From Alphaproteobacteria bacterium (GTDB taxonomy: Bacteria; Pseudomonadota; Alphaproteobacteria; MPNO01): a DNA stretch of 64,000 nt. The notes beneath the pieces were generated by a model that had not been told where the DNA came from, did not search any database, and worked only from the letters and a program-made list of their open reading frames with translations. Of this stretch, positions 38,094-47,390 are shown one piece after another (the stretch's first letter is position 1; every line of letters begins with the position of its first letter). Both the position numbers and the translations under genes were made by a program. The stretch is from assembly GCA_964291675.2 (NCBI GenBank), contig OZ219866.1:1728001-1792000 (forward strand), read 5' to 3'.

Positions 38094-39347
38094 ATGGCCC
38101 AGTTTCAGTCGAGTCCAGCCGGGGAGGAGCCGGCGGGCCAGATCTACGTGCTCGTCGCCTCCGTGCTGACCTTGCTGATCGGTTCCGGCGCCATGTTCCT
38201 GGTCGTCGTCGCGCTCAAGCCGATCGCGGCCGAGTTCTCCTGGCCGCGCCAGGTCCCCTCGCTCGCCTTCTCGCTGCAATTCCTCGGCGCCGGGTTCGGC
38301 GGTTTCTTCATGGGCCGCGTGCTCGACCGTTACGGGATGGGGCCGCCGGCCATCGTCGCCGCGCTGATGATTCCGTGCGGCGCCATCCTGTTGAGCCGGT
38401 TCGACGCGGCCTGGCAGCTCTATGCGATCTACGGGCTGATGATCGGGTTCTTCGGCACCGGCGCGCTGGCCGCCCCGGCGATGGCGAACATCGCGCGCTG
38501 GTATGTCCGCCGCCGCGGGATGGCGGTCGGCGTGGTGGCTGGCGGCCAGGCGCTGGCCGGCATCATGTGGCCGCCGATCTTCACCCTGGTGATGGAGGCC
38601 CATGGCTGGCGCATCATGGCGCTCGCCTTCGGCGCCGTCGCCCTGGTTTTCCTGCCTCCGCTCGCACTGGTGCTCAGGCGAAGCCCGCAGTCGCCTCGCC
38701 GGGCGCCGGACACGGGAGCCGCGTCCGATGGACGGAGTTCCGTCGGCTCACGCGCGCCGATAACGGTGCCTTCCCTGCAGATCGGGTTTTGCGCCGCGAT
38801 CGTCGGCTGTTGCGTCGCGATGGGGCTGCCGCTCGGCCACCTCGTCTCCTATGTCACCGATCTCGGCCATGCGCCGGCAAGCGCGGCCGGGGTGCTGTCG
38901 CTGATGCTGATGTCGGCATTCGTGAGCCGCGCGGTCTTCGTCGGCCTGCTGGCCGACAATATCGGCGGGCTGCGGGCGCTGTTCGCATTCTGCGGTGTTC
39001 AGGCGGTGATGCTCGCCGTCTTCACCACGGTCGAGGGGCTGGTTGCGCTCTACGTCGTGGCGGTCCTCTTCGGCCTCGGCTATGGCGGCATCTTCCCGGT
39101 CTACGCGGTGGCGATCCGCGAGCTCATGCCGGTCGCCGAGGCGGGGCGGCGGACCGGGCTGGTGTTTCTGTTCGGGGCTCTGGCGATGGGCTTCGGGAGC
39201 TGGATCGGCGGCGTGCTGTTCGACGCCACGGGAACCTACATCTCCGCCTTCCTGCTCGGCGTCGCCTTCAACGTCGCCAACCTTGCCATCCTCTCCGTGC
39301 TGATCTACCGGATCGGGCCGCGGCCGCTGCGGCCGGTGGCCGCCTGA
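38094..39347 (+). CDS. MFS transporter (OFA/MCT-like)
   Basis: About 12 TM segments, GRVLDRYG, GLLADNIG. Confidence 0.85.
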   Translation: MAQFQSSPAGEEPAGQIYVLVASVLTLLIGSGAMFLVVVALKPIAAEFSWPRQVPSLAFSLQFLGAGFGGFFMGRVLDRYGMGPPAIVAALMIPCGAILLSRFDAAWQLYAIYGLMIGFFGTGALAAPAMANIARWYVRRRGMAVGVVAGGQALAGIMWPPIFTLVMEAHGWRIMALAFGAVALVFLPPLALVLRRSPQSPRRAPDTGAASDGRSSVGSRAPITVPSLQIGFCAAIVGCCVAMGLPLGHLVSYVTDLGHAPASAAGVLSLMLMSAFVSRAVFVGLLADNIGGLRALFAFCGVQAVMLAVFTTVEGLVALYVVAVLFGLGYGGIFPVYAVAIRELMPVAEAGRRTGLVFLFGALAMGFGSWIGGVLFDATGTYISAFLLGVAFNVANLAILSVLIYRIGPRPLRPVAA

Positions 39348-39353
39348 ACCGGC

Positions 39354-40370
39354 ATGGTGCGGCGGTCCCGAGAGCCCGAAGACCGCGAAGCCGCGTTCCA
39401 CGCGCGCATCGGCGAGGCGAATCTCGGCGCGCTCTGGGTCGGACGCCGGGGCGTCGACCTGTCCCGGCCGCGGACGCCGGCCCGACCGGCGGTCTGGCGT
39501 TTCGACGAGATGCGCCCGCTTCTGATGGAAGCCGGCCGCCTGGTCAGCGCCGAGGATGCCTTCCGTCGCGTCCTGGTGCTCCAGAACCCCGGCTTCGGCG
39601 GCGCCATGCGGGCGACGCAGACGCTCTATGCCGGGCTTCAACTGGTGCTGCCCGGCGAGATCGCGCCCTGCCACCGGCACAGCCAGACCGCGCTCCGCTT
39701 CGTCATCGAGGGCGGCGGCGCGGTGACCACTGTCGACGGGGCGGCGCTGGCGATGGCACCGCACGATCTGGCGGTCACGCCACAATGGGCCTGGCACGAC
39801 CACCGCAACCGCGGCGAGGAGCCGGTGATCTGGCTCGACGTCCTCGACACGCCGCTGATCGACGCGCTGGATACCGTGTTCCGGGAAACCCATGCCGACA
39901 TCCTGCAACCGCTCAACGGGTCCGAAGCCGGGCGGCTGATCCGCCGCGCCGGCTCGGCCCGCGACGCGCTGGACCGGATCGCCGGCGAGGCCGCGCCCGA
40001 TCCCTGCCTCGGCTGGCGGTTCCGCTACGACGATCCCTGCCCGACGATGGCGGCGTTCCTGCAGCGTCTGCCCGGCGGGTTCGAAGGGCTGCCCCGACAG
40101 GCAACCGACGGCACGATCTATTGCGTCGTCGAGGGGCGGGGCGAAACCGGGTTCGAGGACGCCATCGTCGAATGGCGCGCGCATGACGTCTTCGCGGTGC
40201 CCGGCTGGTGCCGGCACCGGCACGCCTCCGCCCAAGGCGCGGTCCTGTTCGGCGTAAGCGACCTGGCGGCGCAGCAACGGCTCGGCCTGTGGCGCGAAAG
40301 GCGCGCCGGCCCGGACGGCGCGATCCCGGAGCGGCACGGCGGGCCGCAAGAATCCCGGCCCGGGGGTTAG
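39354..40370 (+). CDS. Gentisate 1,2-dioxygenase-like bicupin
   Basis: RRVLVLQNPG, LYAGLQLVLPGEIAPCHRHSQTALRF, TPQWAWHDH. Confidence 0.8.
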   Translation: MVRRSREPEDREAAFHARIGEANLGALWVGRRGVDLSRPRTPARPAVWRFDEMRPLLMEAGRLVSAEDAFRRVLVLQNPGFGGAMRATQTLYAGLQLVLPGEIAPCHRHSQTALRFVIEGGGAVTTVDGAALAMAPHDLAVTPQWAWHDHRNRGEEPVIWLDVLDTPLIDALDTVFRETHADILQPLNGSEAGRLIRRAGSARDALDRIAGEAAPDPCLGWRFRYDDPCPTMAAFLQRLPGGFEGLPRQATDGTIYCVVEGRGETGFEDAIVEWRAHDVFAVPGWCRHRHASAQGAVLFGVSDLAAQQRLGLWRERRAGPDGAIPERHGGPQESRPGG

Positions 40371-40400
40371 CGGTCCGGCCGCGCACGACGCGACATCGAC

Positions 40401-40426
40401 TTATTTTCACCTGCGCAAGAAAATAA
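40401..40426. promoter_or_regulatory. Palindromic operator-like site in the AT-rich region upstream of the LysR gene
   Basis: Perfect inverted repeat TTATTTTC-N10-GAAAATAA. Confidence 0.5.
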
Positions 40427-40526
40427 TCGTTTTGAACCGTCTTTCATCAAGGATAACTTGGGTAGAGTAATGTATTGCGCATGGCAGTACGGGGCTTTGC
40501 TTTCCTTGCATGTTTGATGTATCGGT

Positions 40527-41447
40527 ATGGCTATGATCAGGCGCGGTCCATTCCAGATCCCGGCGACGAGTACCCTGATCGCGTTCGAGAGCGCCGCCAG
40601 GCACGGTAACTTCTCGCGCGCGGCGGAGGAGTTGCATACCTCGCAGTCGGCCATCAGCCGCCACATCGCCAAGCTCGAGGGGCAGCTTGCGACACGGGTG
40701 TTCGACCGGTCCCGGACCGGCGTAAGCCTGACCGAGGCGGGAGTTCGCCTGCGCGACGCGGTCTCCGACGGGCTCCGGTTGATCCATCGGGGCGTGCTGG
40801 AGGCCGGCGAGATGCCGAGCGACGCACAGGTGGTCATCGCCTGCTCGCACGATTCCTGGCAGCTCGTCTGCATGCCGCGGCTCGACGCGCTGCGAAAGGC
40901 GCTCGGCGACAACATCCGGGTACGCGCCCGGCTCTACCATCGCGACTTGCAAGACCTGCAATCGGACTCCAATGCGGACCTGGTGTTCACCTGGTCCGCA
41001 AATCGGCCCGGACCGGCGGCCTTCGCCCTCAAGGAGGCCGTCAGGCCGGTCTGTTCGTCCGGCTATGCGGCGGCCAATGCGGATATCCTGAACGGGCCCG
41101 TGAACGGCTGGGGCGCGTTGACCTTCCTCGATTTCGCCCCGGCCGATCGTTGCTGGGCGTCCTGGGAGGAGTGGTTCCGGGTCGCCGCGCGCCCGGACGG
41201 CAATCCGCGTCTCGTGGAGCTGGACAGCTACACCCATGTCGTGGAGGCGGCCGTTGCCGGCCGGGGCATCGCGCTGGGGCGCCGTTATCATGTCGAACGA
41301 TATCTCGATACCGGCGCGCTGGTCACCCTGGCCGCCGGGTTCGTCGAGTTCGACAACTATTTCTGCGGCCTGCTCACCGAAAAGGGGCAGGCGAAGCCGT
41401 TCGCCCGCAGGTCGCTGACGTTCTTCGACGAATCGGCCCGGCACTGA
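40527..41447 (+). CDS. LysR-family transcriptional regulator (GcvA-like)
   Basis: HTH LIAFESAARHGNFSRAAEELHTSQSAISRHI; AAVAGRGIALG. Confidence 0.9.
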   Translation: MAMIRRGPFQIPATSTLIAFESAARHGNFSRAAEELHTSQSAISRHIAKLEGQLATRVFDRSRTGVSLTEAGVRLRDAVSDGLRLIHRGVLEAGEMPSDAQVVIACSHDSWQLVCMPRLDALRKALGDNIRVRARLYHRDLQDLQSDSNADLVFTWSANRPGPAAFALKEAVRPVCSSGYAAANADILNGPVNGWGALTFLDFAPADRCWASWEEWFRVAARPDGNPRLVELDSYTHVVEAAVAGRGIALGRRYHVERYLDTGALVTLAAGFVEFDNYFCGLLTEKGQAKPFARRSLTFFDESARH

Positions 41448-41525
41448 ACCGTCGACCCTTTCGCCCGGCATCGCCCGCCTGTATTCGTCGGCCGGGTTGC
41501 ACGCGTATCGGAGGCGAGGGGACGG

Positions 41526-42374
41526 ATGACGGGGGCTGAGGGCCGGGCGGCGCTGGATTGTTCGATCGTCGACGTGTTCGCCGAGCGCCCGCTCGCCGGC
41601 AACCAGCTGGCGGTGGTGCGCGGCTGCGCCCGTCTCGATCAGGCGGAAATGCAGGCCATAGCGCGGGAGATGAATTTCTCCGAGACGGCCTTCGTGGTCG
41701 ACGAGCGTCGCGGCGAGGCGAGCGTCCGAATCTTCACCACCGACCGGGAGCTGCCCTTCGCCGGGCACCCGACGCTCGGCACCGCTTGGGTGCTGGGGCG
41801 GGACCGGGACTCCTACGTCCTCGATCTCGCCGCCGGACGCGTCCGGGTCGCTTTCGGGGCCGGCGGCATCGTCTGGATGGAGCCGCCCGACGTGGCGTTG
41901 GGGAAGATCGTGGACCCCGGGCGGGTGGCGGCGCTGCTCGGCCTGGCGGCGGCCGATCTGGACGATCGCTACCCGTGCCGGTTCGCGACCGTGGGTCCGT
42001 GGTTCCTGCTGGCCGGGGTGAAGACGCTTGAGGCCCTGCGCCGGATCGCCGTCGATCCGGCGCTGTACCGGGAGCTCGCCGGCGGCGGTTGGCTCTCCCT
42101 GTTCGTCTTCTCCGAACAGCCCTACAACGAGGACGCGACCTGTTCGGCCCGCATGCTGACCTTCCATCACGGCGGGCTCCACGAGGACCCGGCGACAGGG
42201 AGCGCGAACGCGGCGTTCGCCGCCCATCTGCGCTCCCTCGGCGCAAGCGGGCGGGTCGTGGTGGAGCAGGGCTTCGAGATCGGCCGTCCCTCGCGGCTGT
42301 ATCTTGAGGTCGCCGATCCGATCCGGGTCGGCGGCAAGGTGCACCCGGTATTGACCGGGACGCTCGCATATTGA
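41526..42374 (+). CDS. PhzF-family isomerase/epimerase
   Basis: [35 protein letters not shown]. Confidence 0.9.
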   Translation: MTGAEGRAALDCSIVDVFAERPLAGNQLAVVRGCARLDQAEMQAIAREMNFSETAFVVDERRGEASVRIFTTDRELPFAGHPTLGTAWVLGRDRDSYVLDLAAGRVRVAFGAGGIVWMEPPDVALGKIVDPGRVAALLGLAAADLDDRYPCRFATVGPWFLLAGVKTLEALRRIAVDPALYRELAGGGWLSLFVFSEQPYNEDATCSARMLTFHHGGLHEDPATGSANAAFAAHLRSLGASGRVVVEQGFEIGRPSRLYLEVADPIRVGGKVHPVLTGTLAY

Positions 42375-42455
42375 GCCGGCCGCTGACGGCGCAACGCAGG
42401 GCGGCTATGGTGAGGCGGACGCGGGGGTCGCTTGTCGGGGCGATGGGGTGAGGCG

Positions 42456-42941
42456 ATGAACGGGGCGGAGAGACGGGCTTTCGTTCGGGCGCATCGGACG
42501 GCGGTGTTCGGCTATGCCCGCAAGGCGGACGGCCCGTCGATGTCGGTCTGCTACTACGTGATGGACGGCGACGACATCCTAGTGTCGACCATGATCCGCC
42601 GCGCCAAGGCCAGGGCGGTCAAGCGGGATCCCAAGGTCTCGCTCTGCATCCTGGACGAGCAATGGCCGCCGACCTATCTGCTGGTCTACGGCAACGCCGC
42701 GATCGAGGAGCAGGGCGGCGACGACCTCTTGATCAGGATCTGCGAGCTGATGGCGGGCCAGGCGATGCCGGCGCGGGAGCGCGAGGATCTCCGCGGCCTG
42801 GCCGCCGAGGAGGGGCGGGTGGTCGTCCGCATCGAGCCCTATGCGACGTTCGAGACCCCGCCGCGCCACGTCCACGACCCGGACGACGTCAAGACCCTGA
42901 CCCACGGCTACGGCGCCAGCCTGCCGTGGGATGCCGACTAG
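42456..42941 (+). CDS. Pyridoxamine 5'-phosphate oxidase-like (PPOX/FDOR split-barrel) protein
   Basis: RKADGPSMS, RAKARAVKRDPKVSLCI, EGRVVVRIEP. Confidence 0.75.
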   Translation: MNGAERRAFVRAHRTAVFGYARKADGPSMSVCYYVMDGDDILVSTMIRRAKARAVKRDPKVSLCILDEQWPPTYLLVYGNAAIEEQGGDDLLIRICELMAGQAMPAREREDLRGLAAEEGRVVVRIEPYATFETPPRHVHDPDDVKTLTHGYGASLPWDAD

Positions 42942-44151
42942 CGCGGCGCCAATGGGCGGGGCGGGAAGGATCGTAGCGGCGGAGGAGCTCGTCGCGCGCG
43001 CCCGCGCCATGGTGCCCGCCCTGCGCGAACGCCAGCAACGCACCGAGGCCGAGCGCCGCGTCTCCGACGAGATATTCACCCGGATGATCGACGCGGAGCT
43101 CTATCGTCTGCTCCTGCCCGCGCGGTTCGGCGGCTTCGAGCACGGTCTCGACACCTATGTCGACGTCGCCTTCGAGATCGCCCGCGGTTGCGGCTCGACC
43201 GGCTGGGTGTACTCGGTGACCGCCAAGTACCACCTGTTCCTCGGCATGTTCGAAGAGCAGGCCCAGGACGAGGTCTGGGGCGGCGATCCGAACGCCGTGC
43301 TCGTGGTCTCCATCGCCCCCAACGGCACCGCGGTGCCGGTCGACGGCGGATACCGGCTGTCGGGCCACTGGATGTACTGCTCGGGCATCGACAACTCCGC
43401 CTGGACCGTCGTCGCCACCACCGTTCCCGACCCCGACGGCGGGGAGGGGGTGAAGGGCTATGCGCTGGCGCCGACGGCGGATTTCGGCATCGAGGACAAC
43501 TGGTCCGTCGTCGGCCTCGCCGGAACCGGGTCCAAGACGGCCTATAGCGACGGCCTGTTCGTCCCGGCGCACCGCTTCCTGCCGCTCGCCGATACCATGT
43601 CCGGCGATCCTCCCGGCGCGGCGGTCAATCCGGGGCCGATGTTCCGCATCCCCCTGTTCTCGATGATCTCGATCAGCCTGTGCGCGCCGATCCTCGGCAT
43701 GGCGCAGGGCGCGTATGAGGAATTCGTCGACGCGACGCGCGACCGCGTGACCCGCGGCGCCGCGCTGTCCAAGCCGGCGCCGATGGCGTCGCTCGCCAAC
43801 ATCCACATGAAGGTCGGCGAGGCGGCGGCCGCGATCGACGCCGCCCGCCTGCTCGTCGACCGCGACTGCAAGGCGCTGATGCGGACGGTATCGGCGGGCG
43901 AGGAGCTGACCGTCGAGGCGCGCGCCCGCAACAAGCGCAACCTCGCCTTCGCGGCCCGGCTGTCGACCCGGGCGGCGGATCTGATGTTCGAGGCCGGCGG
44001 CGGCGGCGGGCTGTTCACCTCGTCCCGGATCCAGCGCTACTGGCGGGACATCCACGCGGCCGCGATGCATATCAGCATGAACTTCGATGCGGTGTCGGCG
44101 CTCTACGGCCGGATCGCCCTCGGCCTGCCCCCGGGCCCCGCCCAGTTCTGA
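42931..44151 (+). CDS. Two-component flavin-dependent monooxygenase, oxygenase subunit (acyl-CoA dehydrogenase fold, HsaA/C2-like)
   Basis: [40 protein letters not shown]. Start may instead be 42952. Confidence 0.88.
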   Translation: MPTSAAPMGGAGRIVAAEELVARARAMVPALRERQQRTEAERRVSDEIFTRMIDAELYRLLLPARFGGFEHGLDTYVDVAFEIARGCGSTGWVYSVTAKYHLFLGMFEEQAQDEVWGGDPNAVLVVSIAPNGTAVPVDGGYRLSGHWMYCSGIDNSAWTVVATTVPDPDGGEGVKGYALAPTADFGIEDNWSVVGLAGTGSKTAYSDGLFVPAHRFLPLADTMSGDPPGAAVNPGPMFRIPLFSMISISLCAPILGMAQGAYEEFVDATRDRVTRGAALSKPAPMASLANIHMKVGEAAAAIDAARLLVDRDCKALMRTVSAGEELTVEARARNKRNLAFAARLSTRAADLMFEAGGGGGLFTSSRIQRYWRDIHAAAMHISMNFDAVSALYGRIALGLPPGPAQF

Positions 44152-44310
44152 GCGTCGCGGACCCCGCGCGGCGGCGCGGTCCACCGTCTTGAACCTCGGC
44201 GCCACCCTATGGGTGTTGCCTGTTCATCCAGGATCATGGGCGTGTCCGAAATCATGACGGATACGTCAGCCAAACTTATCGAAGTAATAAAAATACTATA
44301 TTTGAAGGAC

Positions 44311-44357
44311 TTCTTGCCTCCTCCCACGTCAGCAAGACCACCAACAGGAGGCGAGAA
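44311..44357 (+). promoter_or_regulatory. RBS-sequestering 5' UTR hairpin
   Basis: ttcttgcctcct (44311-44322) pairs with aggaggcgagaa (44346-44357), covering the SD and the A of the ATG. Confidence 0.6.
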
Positions 44358-44611
44358 TGCACAATTGGATAGCCGGGCTGCTGACGGTTGCCGCGATTTG
44401 CGCTGCATCCATCGCCGTCGCCCATCCGGTCTACTACGCGATGGCGACCGCCGAAACCAAGGCCGCCTCGATGTCGCTTCCGGCGAAGGCCTATACCGCG
44501 CTGGCGGGCGATGTCGACGCGGCGCGGGCCGAGGCTCTCGCGCAGTGCGGGAAAGCGATGAACCGCGATTGTGTCGTCATCGGCACCGGTGCGGTAGCGC
44601 ACGACCACTAG
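44357..44611 (+). CDS. Small secreted protein (84 aa, two Cys in the mature part; DUF4189-like)
   Basis: AGGAGG SD, signal peptide ending AVA, ARAEALAQCGK..DCVV pattern. Confidence 0.6.
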   Translation: MHNWIAGLLTVAAICAASIAVAHPVYYAMATAETKAASMSLPAKAYTALAGDVDAARAEALAQCGKAMNRDCVVIGTGAVAHDH

Positions 44612-44632
44612 CCCCCTTTCGGCGGCGAGGAC

Positions 44633-44666
44633 CGCCGGGACCCGCGGGACGATGCGGGTTCCGGCG
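44633..44666. terminator. Hairpin between convergent genes (putative bidirectional terminator)
   Basis: 13-bp stem cgccgggacccgc / gcgggttccggcg. Confidence 0.5.
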
Positions 44667-44671
44667 CCGGT

Positions 44672-46282
44672 TCAGTCGAACACCGTATCGTCGTAATGGG
44701 CCGGGTCCACGAAGGCCTCGATCACGCGCGGCTCGCCGCACGCCAGCGCTTCCTCCAGCGCGTCGCCCAGCGCTTCCGGGGTGTGCGCGCCCACCGCCTT
44801 CACGCCAAAGTAATGTTCGGGGGTCGATCCCGCCTCCAGCCCCGACGCGGTGCCCAGCGCGGTCCCGACATGGGCGTATTGGCGGCGCATCTGCTTGACC
44901 TTGATCAGGCCGAGCCAGCCGTCGTTGAGCACCACGACCGGGATCGCGAGGCCCATCCGCCGGGCCACCGCCAGCTCGCCGCAGGTCATCTGGAAGCAGC
45001 CGTCGCCGATCAGGCAGACCGTCGGGCGCTGCGGCTCGGCCAGCTTGGCGGCGATCGCCGCGGGCAGCCCGAAGCCCATCGACGACCAGCCATTGGTGAT
45101 CAGGAAGCTGCGCTGCTCATGCGCGGTCCACTGGCTCGCGATCTGGTGGGTGTGGGCGCCCACGTCGAATGACAGGATCCCGTCGGCCGGCAACGCCCGG
45201 CGGACGACGTCGATCGCCCGATGCGGCGCGAAGCCCGGCGCGTCGGGCCGGAGCGACGCCTGGAACGCGTCCCGGTGAGCGGCGATTTCGGCCATCGTCC
45301 AGGCATTCGACGCGGGCTCGGCCCCGACGAGCCCCTCCAGGATCGCATCGAGGCCGCCGACCGTCTGGTGGACGATATCGACCGATCCGTCGGTATCCGC
45401 CGCCTCGATGTCGACATGGAGCAGCGGCGTCGCGCCGATCCAGGCCTCGTACTCGACTTCTATCGGGTCGTAGCCCAGCCCGACGATGAGGTCGGCACCG
45501 GCGAGGAAGCGCCGCTGGACCTGGCGGCGGGCCCTCTCGATGCAGCCGATGGCGAGCGGATGGTCCTCGTCGATCAGCCCCTTGGCCATCGTCGTCGAGG
45601 CGAAGGGAAGACCGTGCCGCTCCACGAAATCGCGCAGAAGCCCGGGCTTGGCGAGCCGCATCGCGCTGGTCCCGATCACCGCGACCGGGCGTTTCGCCCG
45701 GGCGATGCGCGCCGCCGCCGCGGCGACCGATTCCGCCGTCGGGGGGTCGGGCGCGGGGACGTCGCCGAGCGCCGGAACCCCTTCTTCCGCCGAGGCCAGC
45801 GCCACATCCTCCGGCAGGTCGAGATGGACGGGACCCTGCGGCTCGGTCAGCGCGATACGGATCGCCGCCGCCACGGTCTCGCCGATGCGTCCCGGGCGCA
45901 GCGCGAGGCTCGCCTTGGCGATCGGCCGGAACAGGGCGTGGTGGTCGATCAGCATCTGGATGCGCCGGCCGAGCTGGTCGCGGTCGAGGTTGCAGGTGAT
46001 GGCGATCATCGGCGACCGGTCGAGGAACGCATCGCCCACGCCGGTCGCGAGATTGGTGGCGCCCGGTCCGAGCGTCGCGATGCCGAGACCCGGCCGGCCG
46101 GTCAGGCGGCCCATGACGTCGGCGGCGAACCCGGCCGAGCCTTCATGCGCGGTGAGCACGAACTCGATCCCGCCCTGCCGCATCGCCTCGATCAGCGGCA
46201 GCACGTTGCCGCTCGGGATGCCGAATCCGTGGCCGATCCCGGCGGCTTTCAGCGTGGCGACGATGAGCTCGGCGTTGTTCAC
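44672..46282 (-). CDS. Thiamine diphosphate-dependent enzyme (acetolactate synthase large-subunit-like fold)
   Basis: FGIPSG, HEGSA, GPGATN, SMGFGLP, ThDP motif GDGCFQM...ND. Confidence 0.88.
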   Translation of the reverse strand: MNNAELIVATLKAAGIGHGFGIPSGNVLPLIEAMRQGGIEFVLTAHEGSAGFAADVMGRLTGRPGLGIATLGPGATNLATGVGDAFLDRSPMIAITCNLDRDQLGRRIQMLIDHHALFRPIAKASLALRPGRIGETVAAAIRIALTEPQGPVHLDLPEDVALASAEEGVPALGDVPAPDPPTAESVAAAAARIARAKRPVAVIGTSAMRLAKPGLLRDFVERHGLPFASTTMAKGLIDEDHPLAIGCIERARRQVQRRFLAGADLIVGLGYDPIEVEYEAWIGATPLLHVDIEAADTDGSVDIVHQTVGGLDAILEGLVGAEPASNAWTMAEIAAHRDAFQASLRPDAPGFAPHRAIDVVRRALPADGILSFDVGAHTHQIASQWTAHEQRSFLITNGWSSMGFGLPAAIAAKLAEPQRPTVCLIGDGCFQMTCGELAVARRMGLAIPVVVLNDGWLGLIKVKQMRRQYAHVGTALGTASGLEAGSTPEHYFGVKAVGAHTPEALGDALEEALACGEPRVIEAFVDPAHYDDTVFD

Positions 46283-46352
46283 GCCCGCGACCTTGGCCGA
46301 GCCGGCGATCTCTGGCAAGGTCCGGCCGGTCGCGGGAGAACGGGCGGGGGAG

Positions 46353-47378
46353 ATGACGGAGCCTCGGATCAAGACCACGCTGGTCGGCTCGTACCCCTGG
46401 CCGGAATGGCTGCACGCCCATCCGACGGCCGAGGCGATCGACGATGCGACGCGGATGGTGATCCAGCTACAGGAGAAGGCCGGCATCGACGTGGTCTGCG
46501 AGGGCGAGTTCGTCCGATTCGACCCGAACCACCCGGAGACCAACGGCATGATCGAGTATTTCGTCCACCCGATGGGGGGCGTGCGGGCGAAGCTGGCGTT
46601 CGAGGAGATCGTCGCCTTCGAGGCGCAGCCGACGATGGGGTTCAGGACGCGGCCGGCGGCGGTCGCCGAGGGTCCGATCACCAGCGGCACGCTCAACCTC
46701 GCCGCGCCCTGCCGCCGGGCCAGGGCGCTGGCCGCGAAGCCGCTCAAATTCGCCCTGACCGGACCGCACATGCTGGCCAAGACCCTGGTCGACCGCCACT
46801 ACGGCGACCGGGTGGCGCTCGCCGAGGCCATCGCGCGGGTGCTGGCCGAGCAGGTCGCCCGCCTCGACGCCGATATCGTCCAGATCGACGAGGCCAACCT
46901 GCCCGGCGCGCCCGAGGAGTGGGAGTGGGCGGCGCGGGTGATGAACATCGTCCTCGACGCGGTGCCGACGAGGCCCGCGGTCCATCTCTGCTTCGGCAAT
47001 TACGGCGGCCAGGTGTCGCAGAAGGGCGCGCATTGGGAGCCGCTGATCGCCTATCTCAACGCGCTCCACGCCGACCACGTGGTGTGCGAGAACGCCCACC
47101 GGCCGGCGGACGAGCTGGTCCATTTCCGCGCGCTGCGCCCGGAGATCGGCATGGGGCTCGGGGTGGTCGACGTCAAGGCCACCGAGATCGAGAGCGCGGA
47201 CACCGTGGCGCGGCGGATCGACCGCGCCGCGAACGTCCTCGGCGCCGACCGGATCCGCTACGTCCATCCCGATTGCGGGTTGTGGAACCTGCGCCGCTTC
47301 ATGGCCGACGGCAAGATCGCCGCGATCGTCGCCGGGCGCGACCTCTATGAGGGCCGGCGGGCGTCCGAGGTCGCCTGA
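46353..47378 (+). CDS. Single-barrel cobalamin-independent methionine synthase-like (MetE C-terminal / epoxyalkane:CoM transferase family) Zn enzyme
   Basis: TTLVGSYP, QIDE, Zn ligands VHLCFGN and HPDCG. Confidence 0.85.
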   Translation: MTEPRIKTTLVGSYPWPEWLHAHPTAEAIDDATRMVIQLQEKAGIDVVCEGEFVRFDPNHPETNGMIEYFVHPMGGVRAKLAFEEIVAFEAQPTMGFRTRPAAVAEGPITSGTLNLAAPCRRARALAAKPLKFALTGPHMLAKTLVDRHYGDRVALAEAIARVLAEQVARLDADIVQIDEANLPGAPEEWEWAARVMNIVLDAVPTRPAVHLCFGNYGGQVSQKGAHWEPLIAYLNALHADHVVCENAHRPADELVHFRALRPEIGMGLGVVDVKATEIESADTVARRIDRAANVLGADRIRYVHPDCGLWNLRRFMADGKIAAIVAGRDLYEGRRASEVA

Positions 47379-47390
47379 AAGGGGGGAACC

